Shown: positions 37,423 through 50,900, counted from the whole stretch's first letter. The stretch is DNA of 63,910 nucleotides, filler included, from Sphacelaria rigidula (GCA_964200075.2; 10 parts of 10 records of this genome joined end to end with filler, not necessarily neighbours in it); one strand, 5' to 3'. Numbers and translations are program-made. Notes: generated by a model not told the origin, from the letters alone.

Positions 37423-38308
37423 ACCGTCATGCTCCACTTTATCTTTCTCGCCTCTTCGTTTCAGATACGAATCCCTTCAGTGCCGAAGGATCGTTCCCAG
37501 ATCCGGCCCCGGGAAGCTCGGAACCAAAAAAAAAAAATGGTACCACAGCACGCACATACATACACGTACTCCCTGTGTCCTACAGCCTGTTGGCCATGGG
37601 TAAATGACCCGATCGACAGTCCTGATCCAGCATGGAGAAACGTTGAGCTAGAGCAAGGCTCACGTAGTAGCGACCCTCTCATGCGCAAGTGAAAATCAGG
37701 CTCAGCCTGAGTTTCTCACCTGGTGCAAAGGTTGATCATGACCTCTATACTCGACTTCATGTGGCGCTCGTCGCTTAGGCTTGACGATTTCTTAGTTCTG
37801 TTGAAATCCCACGCTGGTTTCCTCACACCACTTTTTTTATGAGCGGCCGGCCACAGTACTGAGGTCTTGCTGATTGTCGTACATGAATCATTCCGCCACG
37901 AATCCAGCCGCGGTCACAAGGTGGACAAATGTACTTAGAGGGAATGGATTCAAGCACATGCTAGATGGCACTCGATAAAAGGGCGGGAATGAACAGGAAG
38001 GATGGAGTAAACTGGAAGTTAGGGTAAACAGGACAACAAAACGAAAGTAAGAAGACCAGCAAAAAAACAAAAAGCGGTCCCGAGAGAACCCCCGACAGGG
38101 CCCTGTCGCGACTTCGAGGTACGGAGGTAGTCGAAAAGCAATAATATAATAACAAGAAGATGGAAGCAGGCTTCACTTCAGCTACTGGAGACCACACACA
38201 CCAGAAACACCTTTCGCCCGCCAGCTCTGCGGGAAAGAGGCACAAACAACAGCCGATTTTATATTTTGGGGTTCAAACAAAATATGGGGCTGGAGTGGCA
38301 TAGCTGTC

Positions 38309-38408
38309 NNNNNNNNNNNNNNNNNNNNNNNNNNNNNNNNNNNNNNNNNNNNTTAATTAATTAANNNNNNNNNNNNNNNNNNNNNNNNNNNNNNNNNNNN
38401 NNNNNNNN
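38309..38408. other. Artificial contig linker
   Basis: N44-TTAATTAATTAA-N44. Confidence 0.98.
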
Positions 38409-38690
38409 CCCCCCCCTCTTTTTGGGGGTGCGAGGGCCACGCTCCTCCGACTCCCGCCCGCGAGATCCCGAGTCCCCCTTTCCCCCCCCCCCCCCCCCCT
38501 CCTCTCTGTCCTTGGTGCTTGTTACCCCACTCTGCGGCAGACCGATCGCCCGAAAATCCCGGGCTCTGCCCCTGTTCCTGTTAGTGCTCTACCCCAACCT
38601 CAGCCGCTGCCTGAGTTTGGACCGACAGCTCCGGTTCTATGGGCTACAGATATCACTGCTGGGCGAGGACCGTCGTTCTCCTTCGGCCAG

Positions 38691-38938
38691 TTGAACTGGC
38701 AACAACAGGAGGAACAGTTTGCGCAACAGCGCCCTCAGCGACAGCAGGGGGCGAATAACAGAGGCAACAGCATCAGGGGTGCTGGAGCTGGTGGTGGTCT
38801 AGACGCGTCACAGAGGGGTGGTGGCTTGACCAGGCAGCAGAGGTTGAGAGAGAGAGAGCATCAGCTGCGGCAGCAGCAGCTGATGGAGCAGCAGGCGCAG
38901 GACGTTCACCTCCAGGAGAGAGATGCGGCATTTCGAGG
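38691..38938 (+). CDS. Gln-rich internal exon, possibly the linker and start of a syntaxin (Qa-SNARE) motif
   Basis: LNWQQQEEQ...QLRQQQLMEQQAQDVHLQERDAAFRG ends at a strong GTAAGT donor. Acceptor could be 38690 or 38649. QERDAAFR resembles the ERxxxI start of Qa-SNARE motifs (weak). Confidence 0.5.
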
Positions 38939-39954
38939 GTAAGTTTGAGCCATAAAAAGAGAAACAGATAATATTGTCATGATAAATGATGAATTATGAC
39001 TATTTTCATTATGTTTGAAACACTTTCCGACATTACATATAGTACAGTAGGATGCATCATGGCTGTTTTCATGTTTTGAACACCTCTCGTCAGAATCTAA
39101 GAATATGTATTGACACTTGATCATCAATACTGAAGTGAAGTAGATGAAAAATTCCGGTAGATGATACTTTTCGGAATATTTTCCACTACATTTTTTTATT
39201 TTTGCTGCGTTCAATTCAGTTTGACCAACTCCCAGAGAAGAACGCACTCAGATTTTCATTTTATGATTCTACCCCGAAAAGGTTGTTGTACATACATGTT
39301 TACTTCAAGCATTTTTTCTGGAGTATGGGCTTAGCTGCCCCCGGCTTCCGACTACCGACTTTTGTGTAGTTGTATGTGTATGTGGTGAAGCGAACGAAGG
39401 TGATAAAGGGATCGCAGTGATTGTAACGCAGTTGCTACAATTTTCGGCAAGAATTACGTCAAGATCGACAGCAACATTTTAATGCAGAATGCAAAATATA
39501 TGTACCAAGATGAACATGTGACTCAGATTCAGCTACGAAGCTCTGTTCGGGGAAGCGGTTGAGGAGCACAGGATAAAGTAGTTTCCAGCTGAATCAGGTG
39601 ATGCCTACTAATAGTATCCCCGATCCCCAAACATCGGGATCAAACGTTCACTGGGATGAGTGGTACCATGCGAAAAATATTCGAAAACGCCGACTACGAA
39701 AATATGCAAATATCCCTGATTCAGCTGGAAATTGATATAGCTTCACGTCATCTGCCTCGGGTTTTCAATGTTTCTGTGCTTGTGTCCCGTATTCCGTGTC
39801 CCGTGTTCCTTCTTGTCTATGGGTCTTCCAGGTGTGTATCTCTGTGGGGTTTTTGCGTGTTTTGAGTACGTGAGTCAACAATAAGTAGTTGACTGAAGTA
39901 AGGTGGGGTACATGAACAAAATAAAAAATAAAACTCCGGTGTTGGCCTTCGTCA

Positions 39955-40062
39955 TGTGTGACCCCGGCTGATGCGCAAACATATATCGAAAGTTGTAGGC
40001 TGGCGTCCAAAACGGATGGGATGACAACACACACATATACACACACATACACACACACACAC
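39955..40062 (+). mobile_element. 3' fragment of tRNA-derived SINE
   Basis: TGTGTGACCCCGGCTGATGCGC...GGCGTCCAAAACGGATGGGATGACAA(CA)n. Confidence 0.75.
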
Positions 40063-41104
40063 AGTTGACTGAGTTTGTTTGACGCAGTTTGATGCGGCGC
40101 ACGAGTGAGTCATGGTCATGATCCAATCCGCGAGACCAAAGTGCATGACGTGTACCTGCATCGGGGAGAGAGAGATGGCTTGATTCACGCCTTGACACTG
40201 CGGAATTGTCCCGAGGAAGGGGAGGGGTTCAAGGTGTGACAAGAAGAGACTGTTTTCTTGTCTTGGTCATCGTATTACTTATGTGTTCAGTTTCTCCCCT
40301 TTTTTTCGCAGAAACACACAGTATAACGCATATGGCGACTTGTGTTTCGTATCATGTATGATGTTTTGTGTATTGTGTACATGTGTTCGTGACGTATGGC
40401 CGACCAAACGAAGGAAATAAAGGATTCATTATTGACCCTTCCGACTGCCGGGGTGGGTAATAGTTTGTTTGCTCGGCATCGTTTTCATTTGGAAAATGAC
40501 TGCTGCTAGTGAGACCCAGATGAAGCCCGCCACTCTGGCGGTTAAGCCTTTTGGGACTGAAGCTCAGTAACAAGGGGTTCACCATGTATTGGTAAAATAA
40601 TAATAAACAAGTCTGGGAGCGACCTGCCCAATCAGGGCAAGGCGAAATTTATCGCACACATCCGAACGACTAGTGGGGGGGGCTGTCGCCGGGAGTAATG
40701 TCACTGCCAAGTTGGTGTGTGTACCCTGTCCCTGGCCCACAAAAAAAACTTCGAGGCAAAGGAAAGCCCAAGTGGTCGGGGCTCGGTTTCCCGAAAATAG
40801 ATTAGATGGAACTTTCGGCCTTCATCTAACCCTGTGGTTACGTGAATACGTGGATTTTTTGCAACTTGAAGCCACCGTTTCATGCATATGCAGGACACGT
40901 TATTCCCAACCAGCCTCATGGGTTGTTCTGTAGGCCCAGCCCCAATAGGGTTGAGGGAGGATTGGAGACAAACGGGACATTTTGTCTTCTTCTTATTTTC
41001 ATGGTATCACAGTATATGTAGAAGGCGGAGTCATTCGGTTGTTGGTTGTTGCCGTTACTGCCTTGTATGTCATCCCTTGCGACTATTTTTTTGTTAATCC
41101 GGTC

Positions 41105-41763
41105 GACCCGGTGGCTTAGTTGGTAATCTCGAAACCTTTTCTAACGGTTGGGACTTGGGTTCGAAGCTCGACGAAGTCGCAAGCCCGTGATCTTTTCACC
41201 ATATTATGCCGAACAGTGGAGAGCGACGATGTCGTGGGTACACATAATTCGACTTCACGGTGGACGAGGGAAAGGGACCGCTGAAGAGGGATGCTACGGT
41301 AGGGGTGCACACACAATTTCTGAGATCAGAATTGTCAGGAGCCCCTTATCTCATCCAAAACACAAATTTTGAAATATGAGAGAGTACGCCAGGATTACTA
41401 TTCCAATGTACTACGGATACCCCGAATGAGTTTGCAAGCGGGGATGCCCTGACCAATATTCTTGTGCATTTAGATCCGTTGGGAGCCCCTGAACTAGACA
41501 AGATTTTGAGCTAAAATTGCACCCCTAACGTAGCATCGCTCTGAGCACACTTCTCACGATAAAGAGAAATAAGGCAAGCACCGAACAAGGAAGGTGGGGT
41601 GCTGAAAAAAATCAAAAGGGAGAAGAGAAAAAAAAAAAAACTCTCGTGGTGACCTCCCTTCTGTGTGACCTCGGCTGGTGCGGGCTCATCTACTCGAAGA
41701 GGTGTGGACTGGCTGGCGTCCAGAATAGATGGGACAACAATACACACAGACACATACAACACA
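41105..41763 (+). mobile_element. tRNA-derived SINE interrupted by a MITE
   Basis: A-box TGGCTTAGTTGG and B-box GGTTCGAAGCTC. Colinear with the 37066 copy once 41286-41541 is removed. Confidence 0.8.
41286..41541. mobile_element. GAG-TIR MITE (Sola-like), 256 bp
   Basis: TIR GAGGGATGCTACGGTAGGGGTGCA versus reverse complement GAGCGATGCTACGTTAGGGGTGCA. Flanks TGAA/TGAG; the uninterrupted SINE has a single TGAA here. Confidence 0.85.
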
Positions 41764-42719
41764 TTTTGTCTTGTTTTGTTGCCACGACTTGACGACTTCT
41801 CTAAAACACGACAGGGTGAATGCCTCTCTTGAATTGGTTCGCTGGACAAGCAGATTCTTGTACTCGACGACCTTGAAGAACGCCGTCAACTGCACCCAGA
41901 GAGCCCTGCGCGCCCGCTTAGGCATGTGGGCCAAGGACGTCCCTAAGGTGAGAGGGCTTTGAATTGAAAAAAAGAAAAAAAGGTTCGATTCCATGTTTGA
42001 AAAGGATCGAACTTTTGTGCAGAAGCGGATAGAATTTTCCCAGATCTGCATTTCGTTTGAAGTATCCTGAAGCCATTTCGGAATAGATGTGCTGCGACCG
42101 TGACCGTGTGCGTGAGTCAGTTGATAGTCTCAAGTGTGTGTAGGAAGCAGCCAAGATGCAAGGGCAAGTTCAAGTACGACTAAGCGACAGTAGTGGGGTG
42201 TGGAGTAAGCTCGAGATGTGTGAGTTACGGGATACGGGCATGGCAGCTATCAGCGAGTAACAGCGTCTCGAATCGCTGCCGTAGCTCGTGCATCCCGAGT
42301 GTTTCTGACGGTTTCATGTAAGAGTGTTTTTTCTTCACGAGTCATGGTTATTTTTTCACACTCTGGATAACGACAATAGATGGCATCGTCAAAAAGTGTA
42401 TTGCGTACAGTATCGACTACACTACTTCGTCTATTGCATTAGACGAAATATTTTACATACTGTACACCGTACATTGTTTTGACGTATGCACTCTCCTTGT
42501 CCACGAGGATGTGGACGTTTTTTTGCTCGCGGTATATGTCTTGTGTTCCGAGGTTTTGAAAAAAAGTGGAAGGAAGTGAGCACTGTTATATTATAACGAT
42601 GTGCATGCAGTATGCATGTATGCGTTTTGGTATCGCGTTTGTGTCTGGGGTATGACAAGAGAAAATGAAAGTGAAGTTTTTTTTTTTTTCATTTTTGCCG
42701 TGTGGAAGGTAACACCGAT

Positions 42720-42778
42720 GAAGGAAAGTAGGTAACGGGTATATAGCTACGTTTTTTTTTTTTTTTTTTTTATTTTTT

Positions 42779-42849
<71 letters not shown>

Positions 42850-42920
42850 TGGGGTGTGGAAGGAAAGGCGGAGGAAGGAAAGTAGGTAACGGGTATATAG
42901 CTACGTTTTTTTTTTTTTTT
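42720..42920. repeat. Poly(T) tracts with a duplicated ~31-mer
   Basis: GAAGGAAAGTAGGTAACGGGTATATAGCTACG + poly(T) at 42720 and ~42874. Confidence 0.8.
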
Positions 42921-44231
42921 CCAATGCAGAGTGTTCGTATTTTTCATGCGTATTTTTTTCTTTTCAGGTATTTCCCCCCAGGTTTCTTTAAGTGATCTTT
43001 TTTTCTCAAGTTTTTTTTTCTTCCTTAGATTTTCCTTCCCCCCGTCGTCATCGTCATGGTCGCGAGTGTCTTTGTTCCGTGTACGGTATGTACCTAGTGC
43101 CTTTGATAAGTTGATCTCCTTTTATTCACGGCTCGGAGTTGTGAGCGTGTTCGTTTGTGCATGCGAAGAAACGATAGGCTTCAGTTCCGTATGCGCGTTT
43201 TTTTATTGAAATTAAGCTTTTGAATAAAACTGTAAGCTTTTCGAACGCAAATAAGGCGCGCTTTATGCGCCTTATTCCCGTCCTTGTTGTGGCGTTGTGG
43301 CAGTATCTCCTCACGAGGCGCGCCTTCTATTATAGCATAGGGACAAGACGACAAGTTTGGCATTCGAAGTTTTATGTTAAGTTTTGATTGAAAAATAAAG
43401 CTTCTCATCAGTCATGGAGTTTGAACGCCACAACCTGCACACCTACACCCTAACCCACGTACGAGAACAACAGATGCCGCTACTCTCATGATACAGGAGT
43501 AGGGTATTGTAGCCTATGGACACAGGGCATTGTAGCCGTTGACCTCTCACCCGGCAAGCTACAAGCTATAAGCTTCCCCCCCCCCCCCCCATCATCTACG
43601 GTCAGTCAATATTGAAAATCTTGTCGAACTACCGGTACCGATTGTACGCGGTACAAATGTACTAGTTTCTCGTCACATTTTTGAAGACTACAGAGTACCA
43701 TGTATGAAGAATACAAAATGGAACGTTTTGCGGATCAGACCCGCAACAAAGTAGGAACACCAAGCGTGATCATGGAAGTTTGGAGTACTGAAGCTTGAAG
43801 TCAGTCGGCCTGTCTGGTGACGGGTCACGTCACATGGAACGCTTGCGAGCAGCTGGCTACAGGAGGCGCGTAAAATATATAGCAACTTTCTGCGCGTTTT
43901 CTGCGCGTTTCAAGCATGTTAAACTCGTTTAAAGCTAATTAAGCTAATTATGAGCTTTGCGATAAAATGGCTTATTTGAGCTCAAACCCTCAAATTTAGC
44001 GAAACTTTATGCGCGGATACGGAACTAAAATCTAATAAATGAATTCATCAGTCATTCACCCACTCATTCCTGTGTTGGCAACCGAAGCATTTCTCTTCTT
44101 TTCTTCTCAACTCGACGGCATGCTGGGTGACTAAAGTCTAGTTATACCACCTCTGGTACCGTCAACGCCTGTTATCTTGAGGAGGACAAACATTTTTATT
44201 TGTGTGTTTGTCACACCTGGTGAAAACATTG

Positions 44232-44424
44232 CAAGGGCAGGTCGGGTACAGTATCTACTCTTTGCCCGGGTATTTTGAAAAACTCGTACTTTTACTACTT
44301 GGAAAAAAATTGGGTATACGTATAGTGTTGAGATCGTACCCCATCTACCCCAAACTCGAAGTAAATACTCGGGTAAATATCCGGGTACTCGAAAAAAGTA
44401 CATACCCTCCCCGACCTCCCCTTG
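44232..44424. mobile_element. hAT-like MITE related to 24360-24559
   Basis: TIRs CAAGGGCAGGTCGGG / CCCGACCTCCCCTTG. TSD not preserved. Confidence 0.7.
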
Positions 44425-44709
44425 GGACAGTATGCTTGTATGGAAGACTGGGTTCCGTGTGTGAGGGTAGCGCTCGTGCTCTAGTTGTAAAGTTGAGAGT
44501 AGGTGGGTGTAGCGTGGAGCATGCACCGACAAGTTGATGGTTTTCGGGACAGTGTCTCACCTAGGGGACCAAACGGCTAGCAAGCTGTTAGTCATGGTTC
44601 ATGATCCTCACGGACATTGTTTTTCGTGTTTTTTTTCACATTTCCCCCCTCCCCCCCCCCCCCCCCCCCCCCACCGCCCCCCCCCCCCCAACCCGGCCCA
44701 CCCCACTCC

Positions 44710-44809
44710 NNNNNNNNNNNNNNNNNNNNNNNNNNNNNNNNNNNNNNNNNNNNTTAATTAATTAANNNNNNNNNNNNNNNNNNNNNNNNNNNNNNNNNNN
44801 NNNNNNNNN
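44710..44809. other. Artificial contig linker
   Basis: N44-TTAATTAATTAA-N44. Confidence 0.98.
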
Positions 44810-44879
44810 AGAATCGTTAGGAGCCCCTGAACCAGACAAAATTTCGCGAAAAAAGTGCACCCCTACCGTAGCATTGCTC
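44810..44879. mobile_element. Right end of a GAG-TIR MITE
   Basis: GGAGCCCCTGAAC.AGACAA...GTGCACCCCTACCGTAGCATTGCTC matches the right end of 41286-41541. Confidence 0.8.
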
Positions 44880-44899
44880 GCCGGTTATATAAAGGAACA

Positions 44900-45320
44900 C
44901 TTACTGAGGAAGCCCTTGGGGTATCGGTCATCCGTTTTCGCAAATGTTCGGTTGAAGAGAAGAGACGGGGTGTCTCGGGTCCAACGATTCACGAGGGAGT
45001 GAACGTCGTGGAGACGCAGGAACAAAAACAACAAATAAAGTATACGAGAGGAAAAAAACGTAAAACGGGCACCGACACATGACAATTTGCTGAGGAAGCC
45101 CTTGGGGTATCGGTCATCCGTTGGCACAAATGTCGAACACACAGCCAGTTGCGTAAGTAACATTTACTGAGGACGCCCTTGGGGTATCGGTCATCCGTTT
45201 TCGCAAATGTTGGGCTGGAAAGAAGAGACGAGTCGTCTCGGGTCCGACAGGCCACTAGAACCGCCTGTGATGGTGGCTTCCGTGAAGGTCGGAGAGACGC
45301 AGGAACAAAAACAAGAAAAA
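44900..45320. repeat. Three copies of a ~40-bp motif, probably the LTR or 3' region of the adjacent Gypsy element
   Basis: CTGAGGA.GCCCTTGGGGTATCGGTCATCCGTT at ~44904, ~45090 and ~45167. Confidence 0.75.
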
Positions 45321-45999
45321 GCGAAACACTGAACGAGAGAAAAGGTGGTTGAGACTCTCACCGCTAGCCAGGAGCAAGTGCAGGGCGTATCTCAGCACAA
45401 ATGGACGACAGTGGAGGGAAAGACTACAATCGTAGTCTCAGTTCTCCAGAAACGTCGAGCCAAACGAGGACGGAAGAGTACGATGAACACACAAACGTCC
45501 TCAAGATATCACCAGGTCACCAATTTCATGTGGGTTGATGGATGTAAAACCTCAATGAGGGGTCTTCACAAATACCACACGGCGGGCCATGACAGTGGGT
45601 CGAGCCAACTGTCGAAACGGAACGAAAAACAAATACGCTCGTGCCAATGCGCTTGTATCACCTTGGCTAGGGACACAAATGTGTTCGAAAAAGGACATCA
45701 CAGTTCCAGAACCAGTTCAACCCGACCTACAACATGGGGCGGCTCAAGAATGACATGGAAACGCGACCAGGCCCAGGTACACACACATATACATCCACAT
45801 ATCCACATACGCGCACACGCATACACGCGTATGTGCATACATATATCCAAATACACATACACGCATACACGCACGTAGATGTGCGCATACACACAAATAC
45901 ACAAACACACAGCAACAAAAACTGAAACAAAAAGGGGGGTTTGCGGCCATGGCGTCTAAAAAAACTGGCGACACGACGGGAAAAATGAAGCAGAACGCA

Positions 46000-47650
46000 T
46001 CAAGACTCCTCTTCTCTCCATGAGTTGTCGGTATTCCGGAGGATGGCGTCGTCTATGTTGCCGCCATCATGACGCTGGAGACACCAGGACCGGCGGCAAG
46101 CGGACGATGCTTCAGTGTAGTAAGCATCGTCCAAAATGAGCTTCAGGGGGCCGGGATCATCGAGGAAGCGGATATAGTAGGAATTGTCGGAGTCGGGTGC
46201 TGGTAAGTGAATCTTGCCCAGCCACCAGAGATAGTCCTGCGCCTTGTACCAGAAGTACGCACCCTTCGGCAGACGTTTCTGCGAAAAGAAACCAAGTATT
46301 GTGCACGCGAAACAAGGCTATAGCCAGCCATGACGAACCGGGCCGAATGCTCCCGGGCCAGCTCCCGTGCCGCCGCTCCTTTCTGCATAGATCTGTATCT
46401 TCGGTTCAACGGACGGTGTTGCGCAACATCGCCTACCCACTACAATAGAATTTGTCTACGGAAATGCCGCAAGTCGACTCCCCCTTCCCCCGTGACCCGC
46501 ATCAATCCTTTCCAGTGCGTCTGGTACATCACTGCTAGTTCACCACCACGACCGCGGACTAGTTGGTGTCAGCTGATATGATCGACTACCACGCGTTCCA
46601 CAGGGGCTTGAGCGTCTTCAGCTGTGACATGAAAAGGCGGCGACTTGATGGCATGCCTCGTCAATACGTACTGGCTGAGTCCTAACGGCAGTTGTTTGGG
46701 CATATCAGTGATGTCGTGCGGGGCGGTGCAGGATTTACAGAGCCACACAGACATGCGATTTTCCTGCGGAGGCCCAGCTTTATCCGTGGGGAAATCGAGG
46801 TACAAAAGGTTTTCCCCGATGGGTCGATCATCCGGTGCTGTAGCACTTGGCCCAACACCCAAACTTTTCCACGACCCAGTCCAATTGAGGGCCAGCTTGG
46901 TCTTCAACATCTTATCCGGCGAATCCTCATTCGCACTGGCTCCTTGGCGAATCGTCTGTACATCGTTGTACACCCACGCCCATGCACCTACCTTCGACAC
47001 TGGGCGCTTATGCATCACCGCATCCAACGTGGCATTGGCACTAACCGCTTTTGCCAAATTGATTTGGTTTTGCTCGCGCATCAAATCATACGCCAACCGC
47101 AGTCGATGACTCAAAAGGTCGTGATACTCCCTGATATCCCGGTCCAAACTCTGATGACCGCCCACGTTGCGGCGCTCGAATATGGCCAACGGGAGCCTCG
47201 GCATGCGACCAATGTGAATTTCATTGGGTGCAAGGCCGGTGGCGGTGTGGACTGAGTTGTAATTCAGTGGGAATAAGGGCACAGACAGATCCTTATCTGT
47301 TTTGCCGTTCATTTGTGAAGGCTGAGAGCATGTGCGCCATCGTATGGTTGACATGTTCCGTTCCACCGTTCGTGTGGGGGTGGTACGGGCTTACAAAGAT
47401 GCGATGGAAACCCAGTGATGTACTGACTGCAGCAGAAATTTGCCGGAAAAATGTTTGCCATCGACGGACGACAACTTCCGGGGGTCCGGTATGCATGACG
47501 GAGTGATAACTGAATAGATCAGTATTCAACAAAATGTACTTGTTGCTACTCTTCCTGAGCGGCCAGCTCAACACTTCATCCTGCATGGGTGCCCGAGCCG
47601 TCCGACGGGCTCGAGGATATCCGCAGAGGGGAATGGAAATGGGCAATTAT
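46000..47650 (-). pseudogene. Degenerate Ty3/Gypsy integrase with C-terminal chromodomain and an additional PWWP/Tudor-like domain
   Basis: NKYILLNTDLFS; SPYHPHTNGGTEHVNHTMAHML; YNSVHTATGLAPNEIHIGR; KLALNWTG (GPY/F-like). Chromodomain-like VDHIS*HQLVRGRGGELAVMYQTHWKG, then GAYFWYKAQDYLWWLGKI...YYIRFLDDPGP. Contains frameshifts and stops. Confidence 0.85.
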
Positions 47651-48269
47651 GGAACAGGTGAAGTATTGCTGCGCGGCACGTAAGCTCGGCTATTTGTTCT
47701 CGCGCCTTGTCTTGGTGGGGAGAAAAAAAACGCAATTGTTTCTGTTCGTTTACTCTCGTTCTACGAGAAATGAGATCGTGTACTTGTACAATGAAAACAA
47801 AAAGGGGGGGCGGTGGGCTCCGAAGTGGCGGCAACATTTATGCGGGGGCCGTCTCACGGAAAAGGCCCTATCCAAATCTGGTTCTTGCATTGCTCTTGGC
47901 ATTCCCAGAAACGAAGAGGGGGGATTGAGGGGACAAACCACCGGGCGCCGTTTTCGGGGCAGAAGGTGTCGGCCCACTCATGCGCAAACCGGACGTTTTT
48001 GTTCGGTGTCAGCCCACTCATGCAAAACCCGGAGTCTTGGTTTCAGCCCACTCATGCTCAGACCTGGAGTCTTGGAAGCGTACGCGAATGATTTCCGCCG
48101 CTAGGTAGCTAATTATGACTGACACTTGATCAGCCAGGAGCGGGTTTGTGCGGGACGGGCGTGTTGCGATGGGGGGCGTTCCTTACAGCACGTTGGTTTT
48201 AAACGGAGCCATCGTGCATCGACCCAAATCCAAAGGAGCCATCATGCATCGACCCAAATCCAAAGGTGA

Positions 48270-50900
48270 GGGGGACAATCGCGCGGTATAGCGGATCAGA
48301 ACATCTACAAGTTTGTCGATGGCCTGCTGCAGTACAACCGGTACTGTTGAGATTGAGGGTGAGGTGACAGGTGTGGTGGAACATCACTGCATAGTCGCAA
48401 ACGCCTTACTCGCTGCTCAGGCTAGAAACAATCCAACCATATTTGAGGCATGTCGGTTTTCGCGTCGTTTTCCGACGCGGTTACAACCATTTTATCAGCT
48501 GAAACTGGTCCATGGCAACCAGCGTTTTGCTCGACCTCAGTTGGGGAAGTGGTACTGGTGCGGGGACATATATCAGAAGGAGTGTACGTGGAAGCGGAGC
48601 CGAAGCATACCTCAACAACTGGTTGGGTACTCGATTAATGCGAAGATGTAAGAAAAATTGCTGGCGAAAATACATCTTCCTGTTCGAATATATGTGCCGG
48701 AAACGCAACCAGCTACTTTTTGTCCAACAAAACATGGAAGGCCGTGGCATTGTGTGGAACAATCAAATCCAAAACGGAAGGTCGTGCCATGGGGTGCGTA
48801 TCGTTGAAGAACTGAACACTCATTTGTTGAAGAGTAGAACCTGCCCGGAGCCACCGGAGGTGGGGGGACTGACATCTGTCATCGGCCGCGCCGGTGCGGG
48901 GCATGTCCTGCCAGCAACTGACGGTGGGCAAGGTCTGATGGGAGGTCGAGTCCAGTAATACCAGGGCCACAAGTTCATGGCTTGCAGAAGATCCACTTTC
49001 GAGTAGTTTTTCAGTCCAACTCTAGTTGTAAAAGACGCATCGTCTAAGGTGACAACGCCACGCGTAAGATCCGGGCCAATTTTCGGCAACGAATTGATAT
49101 GTGTTCGCTGTATTTCCTGAACTTAGTACTGAAATATACTCTGGGGTGGTCTTGTGGGGCCTGGGGATGTGGGCATTGAGGTTCTCCAATGTTGGGGTGT
49201 AAGGGCTACGTATCTCGTAAATCGCTATGGGGGTGCGACTATTTGTCGTGACCGTCGTGGTGGGGGCGGGGTCGGCTGTGATGTCTGCATGGGGGGGGCA
49301 TGCACTGCCGGCTTGGTAGTGGATGTCCCAAGTGCGGGGTCGGCAGAAATTTCAGCCCTGCACTGCAATGTGTCTGCCGAATCATTTACAGTAGTGGACA
49401 AAGGGATCGACGGTTTCTCGTCGTCGGACGTGGTTCCGGTGGCTACACCAGCGGAACTCCGTCATCACATCAACACATGTAGTGGAAATAGACATGATCT
49501 CCATGGATTTATCGGGAGACACGTTGTCGGGGGCCAAACTTGGACTGCAGGGGACGAATCGTCTGGTACCCGCGTGAGCCTGTCGTGGTGTGAGGTTGCC
49601 AGTGGTAGACCCGCACGTGAACGCGATAACGAACCGACAGTAGGTAGGGTGGACTTGTAGCTCAACACGTTTCACCTCGACCTCTTCGTTGGTGCTGGCT
49701 CAGGGGGCAAAGGGGGGGGCAGAGGGCGGTAGCGGCACACCCTATACCTGAGGCGTACCGTCATGACCTGGCGCTGTTGGGAAGTTCGCGGGAGTATTCG
49801 TGACGGTGTGAGCTGTTGGCTTACCGACCGGGTCACTGCCGGGGGTCCTTCTCCAACCCGTGGAGCAACGGAAAGCGAGGGTTCCCTGTTGTCACGATCC
49901 ACATTGGAATAACCGTGCTCGACTACAAAGGGGCCCGACGCCCTGTGGACGTCTGGGCTAACATGTACCCTACAGTGGATAGCCGTAGGGGCAGCAACAC
50001 AATACCGCAAGACAGCTTCTTTCTTGGCATGTGGGTACCTGTAGAAGACGTGGTCTCTCACCCCGATGGTCGGGGAGAAGTTCGCTGCTAACAGTTTGAA
50101 CTATGAAGTGGTACACTAGAGTGATCAATTCCAATGATGAAACAACACAATTCTTCACCGTGAGAGCTACACCCACGTGTGGTTCCGCGGGATCGTGCCT
50201 GAGTGGGACCCTTGACCCAGGACTGATCGGACCCATTGTACCCACACCACAAGCCTGAGCTAGCACCGGCCAACGTTAACTCGGTTTTGAGGCATGGGGC
50301 CGGTGGCCGCGTATGAAAGAAGACCGCACCGTTTGGTGTGTGGTCAGGAGCCGTGGTTGGCTTGGGTGCATTCGCGTGGATCGTTGGATTACCCGAACCT
50401 TAGGGGAAATTCGCTTCAGGCTGTGGTTTTCTTCTATATGCTTCTTGTGTACCAAGCACCGGGTCTGCTAGTAAGTACGAAGACTGGCACCGTGATTTCG
50501 GGTGTCGTCGTGAAGGCATGCGACCACCATGTTGTGCTCCAGACAGGTTTGAGTGAAAAATTGTCGGGTGGTACACGGAGTTGTCAGAACAGCGTTTTTG
50601 GTGGGGCGCGGGGCGCGAAGTACTGGCCGGGCCACGGGGGTACTTGATACAGTCTGATGTGTATGAGAGCACGTGGAGTTGCTGATGAGGGCGTTTGGAA
50701 CCTTAGCAAAACAACCTGTGTGGCTCTTACTTCGGAGGAACATCGCGAGGCAAGTTCATTGATGCGCCAATCCTTGAAAGGTATCGATTTTAAAATACCG
50801 TAGTGGTGGTTTCAAAACAATATACCACTGCATTACCCATATGCATTGGAGGGATGTTTGTCATGCTGGGGGGAAGTTCAATACAGTTCGAGCGGCATGT
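48270..50900 (-). mobile_element. Probable highly degraded gag/protease region of the same Gypsy element
   Basis: Lies upstream of the integrase on the same strand and has coding-like fragments, but no motif was confidently read. Confidence 0.3.

Noticed and set aside
42747..42995. Poly-Lys / poly-Phe ORFs
   Set aside because: Translations of a poly(T) tract, possibly an assembly artefact or retroposon tail.
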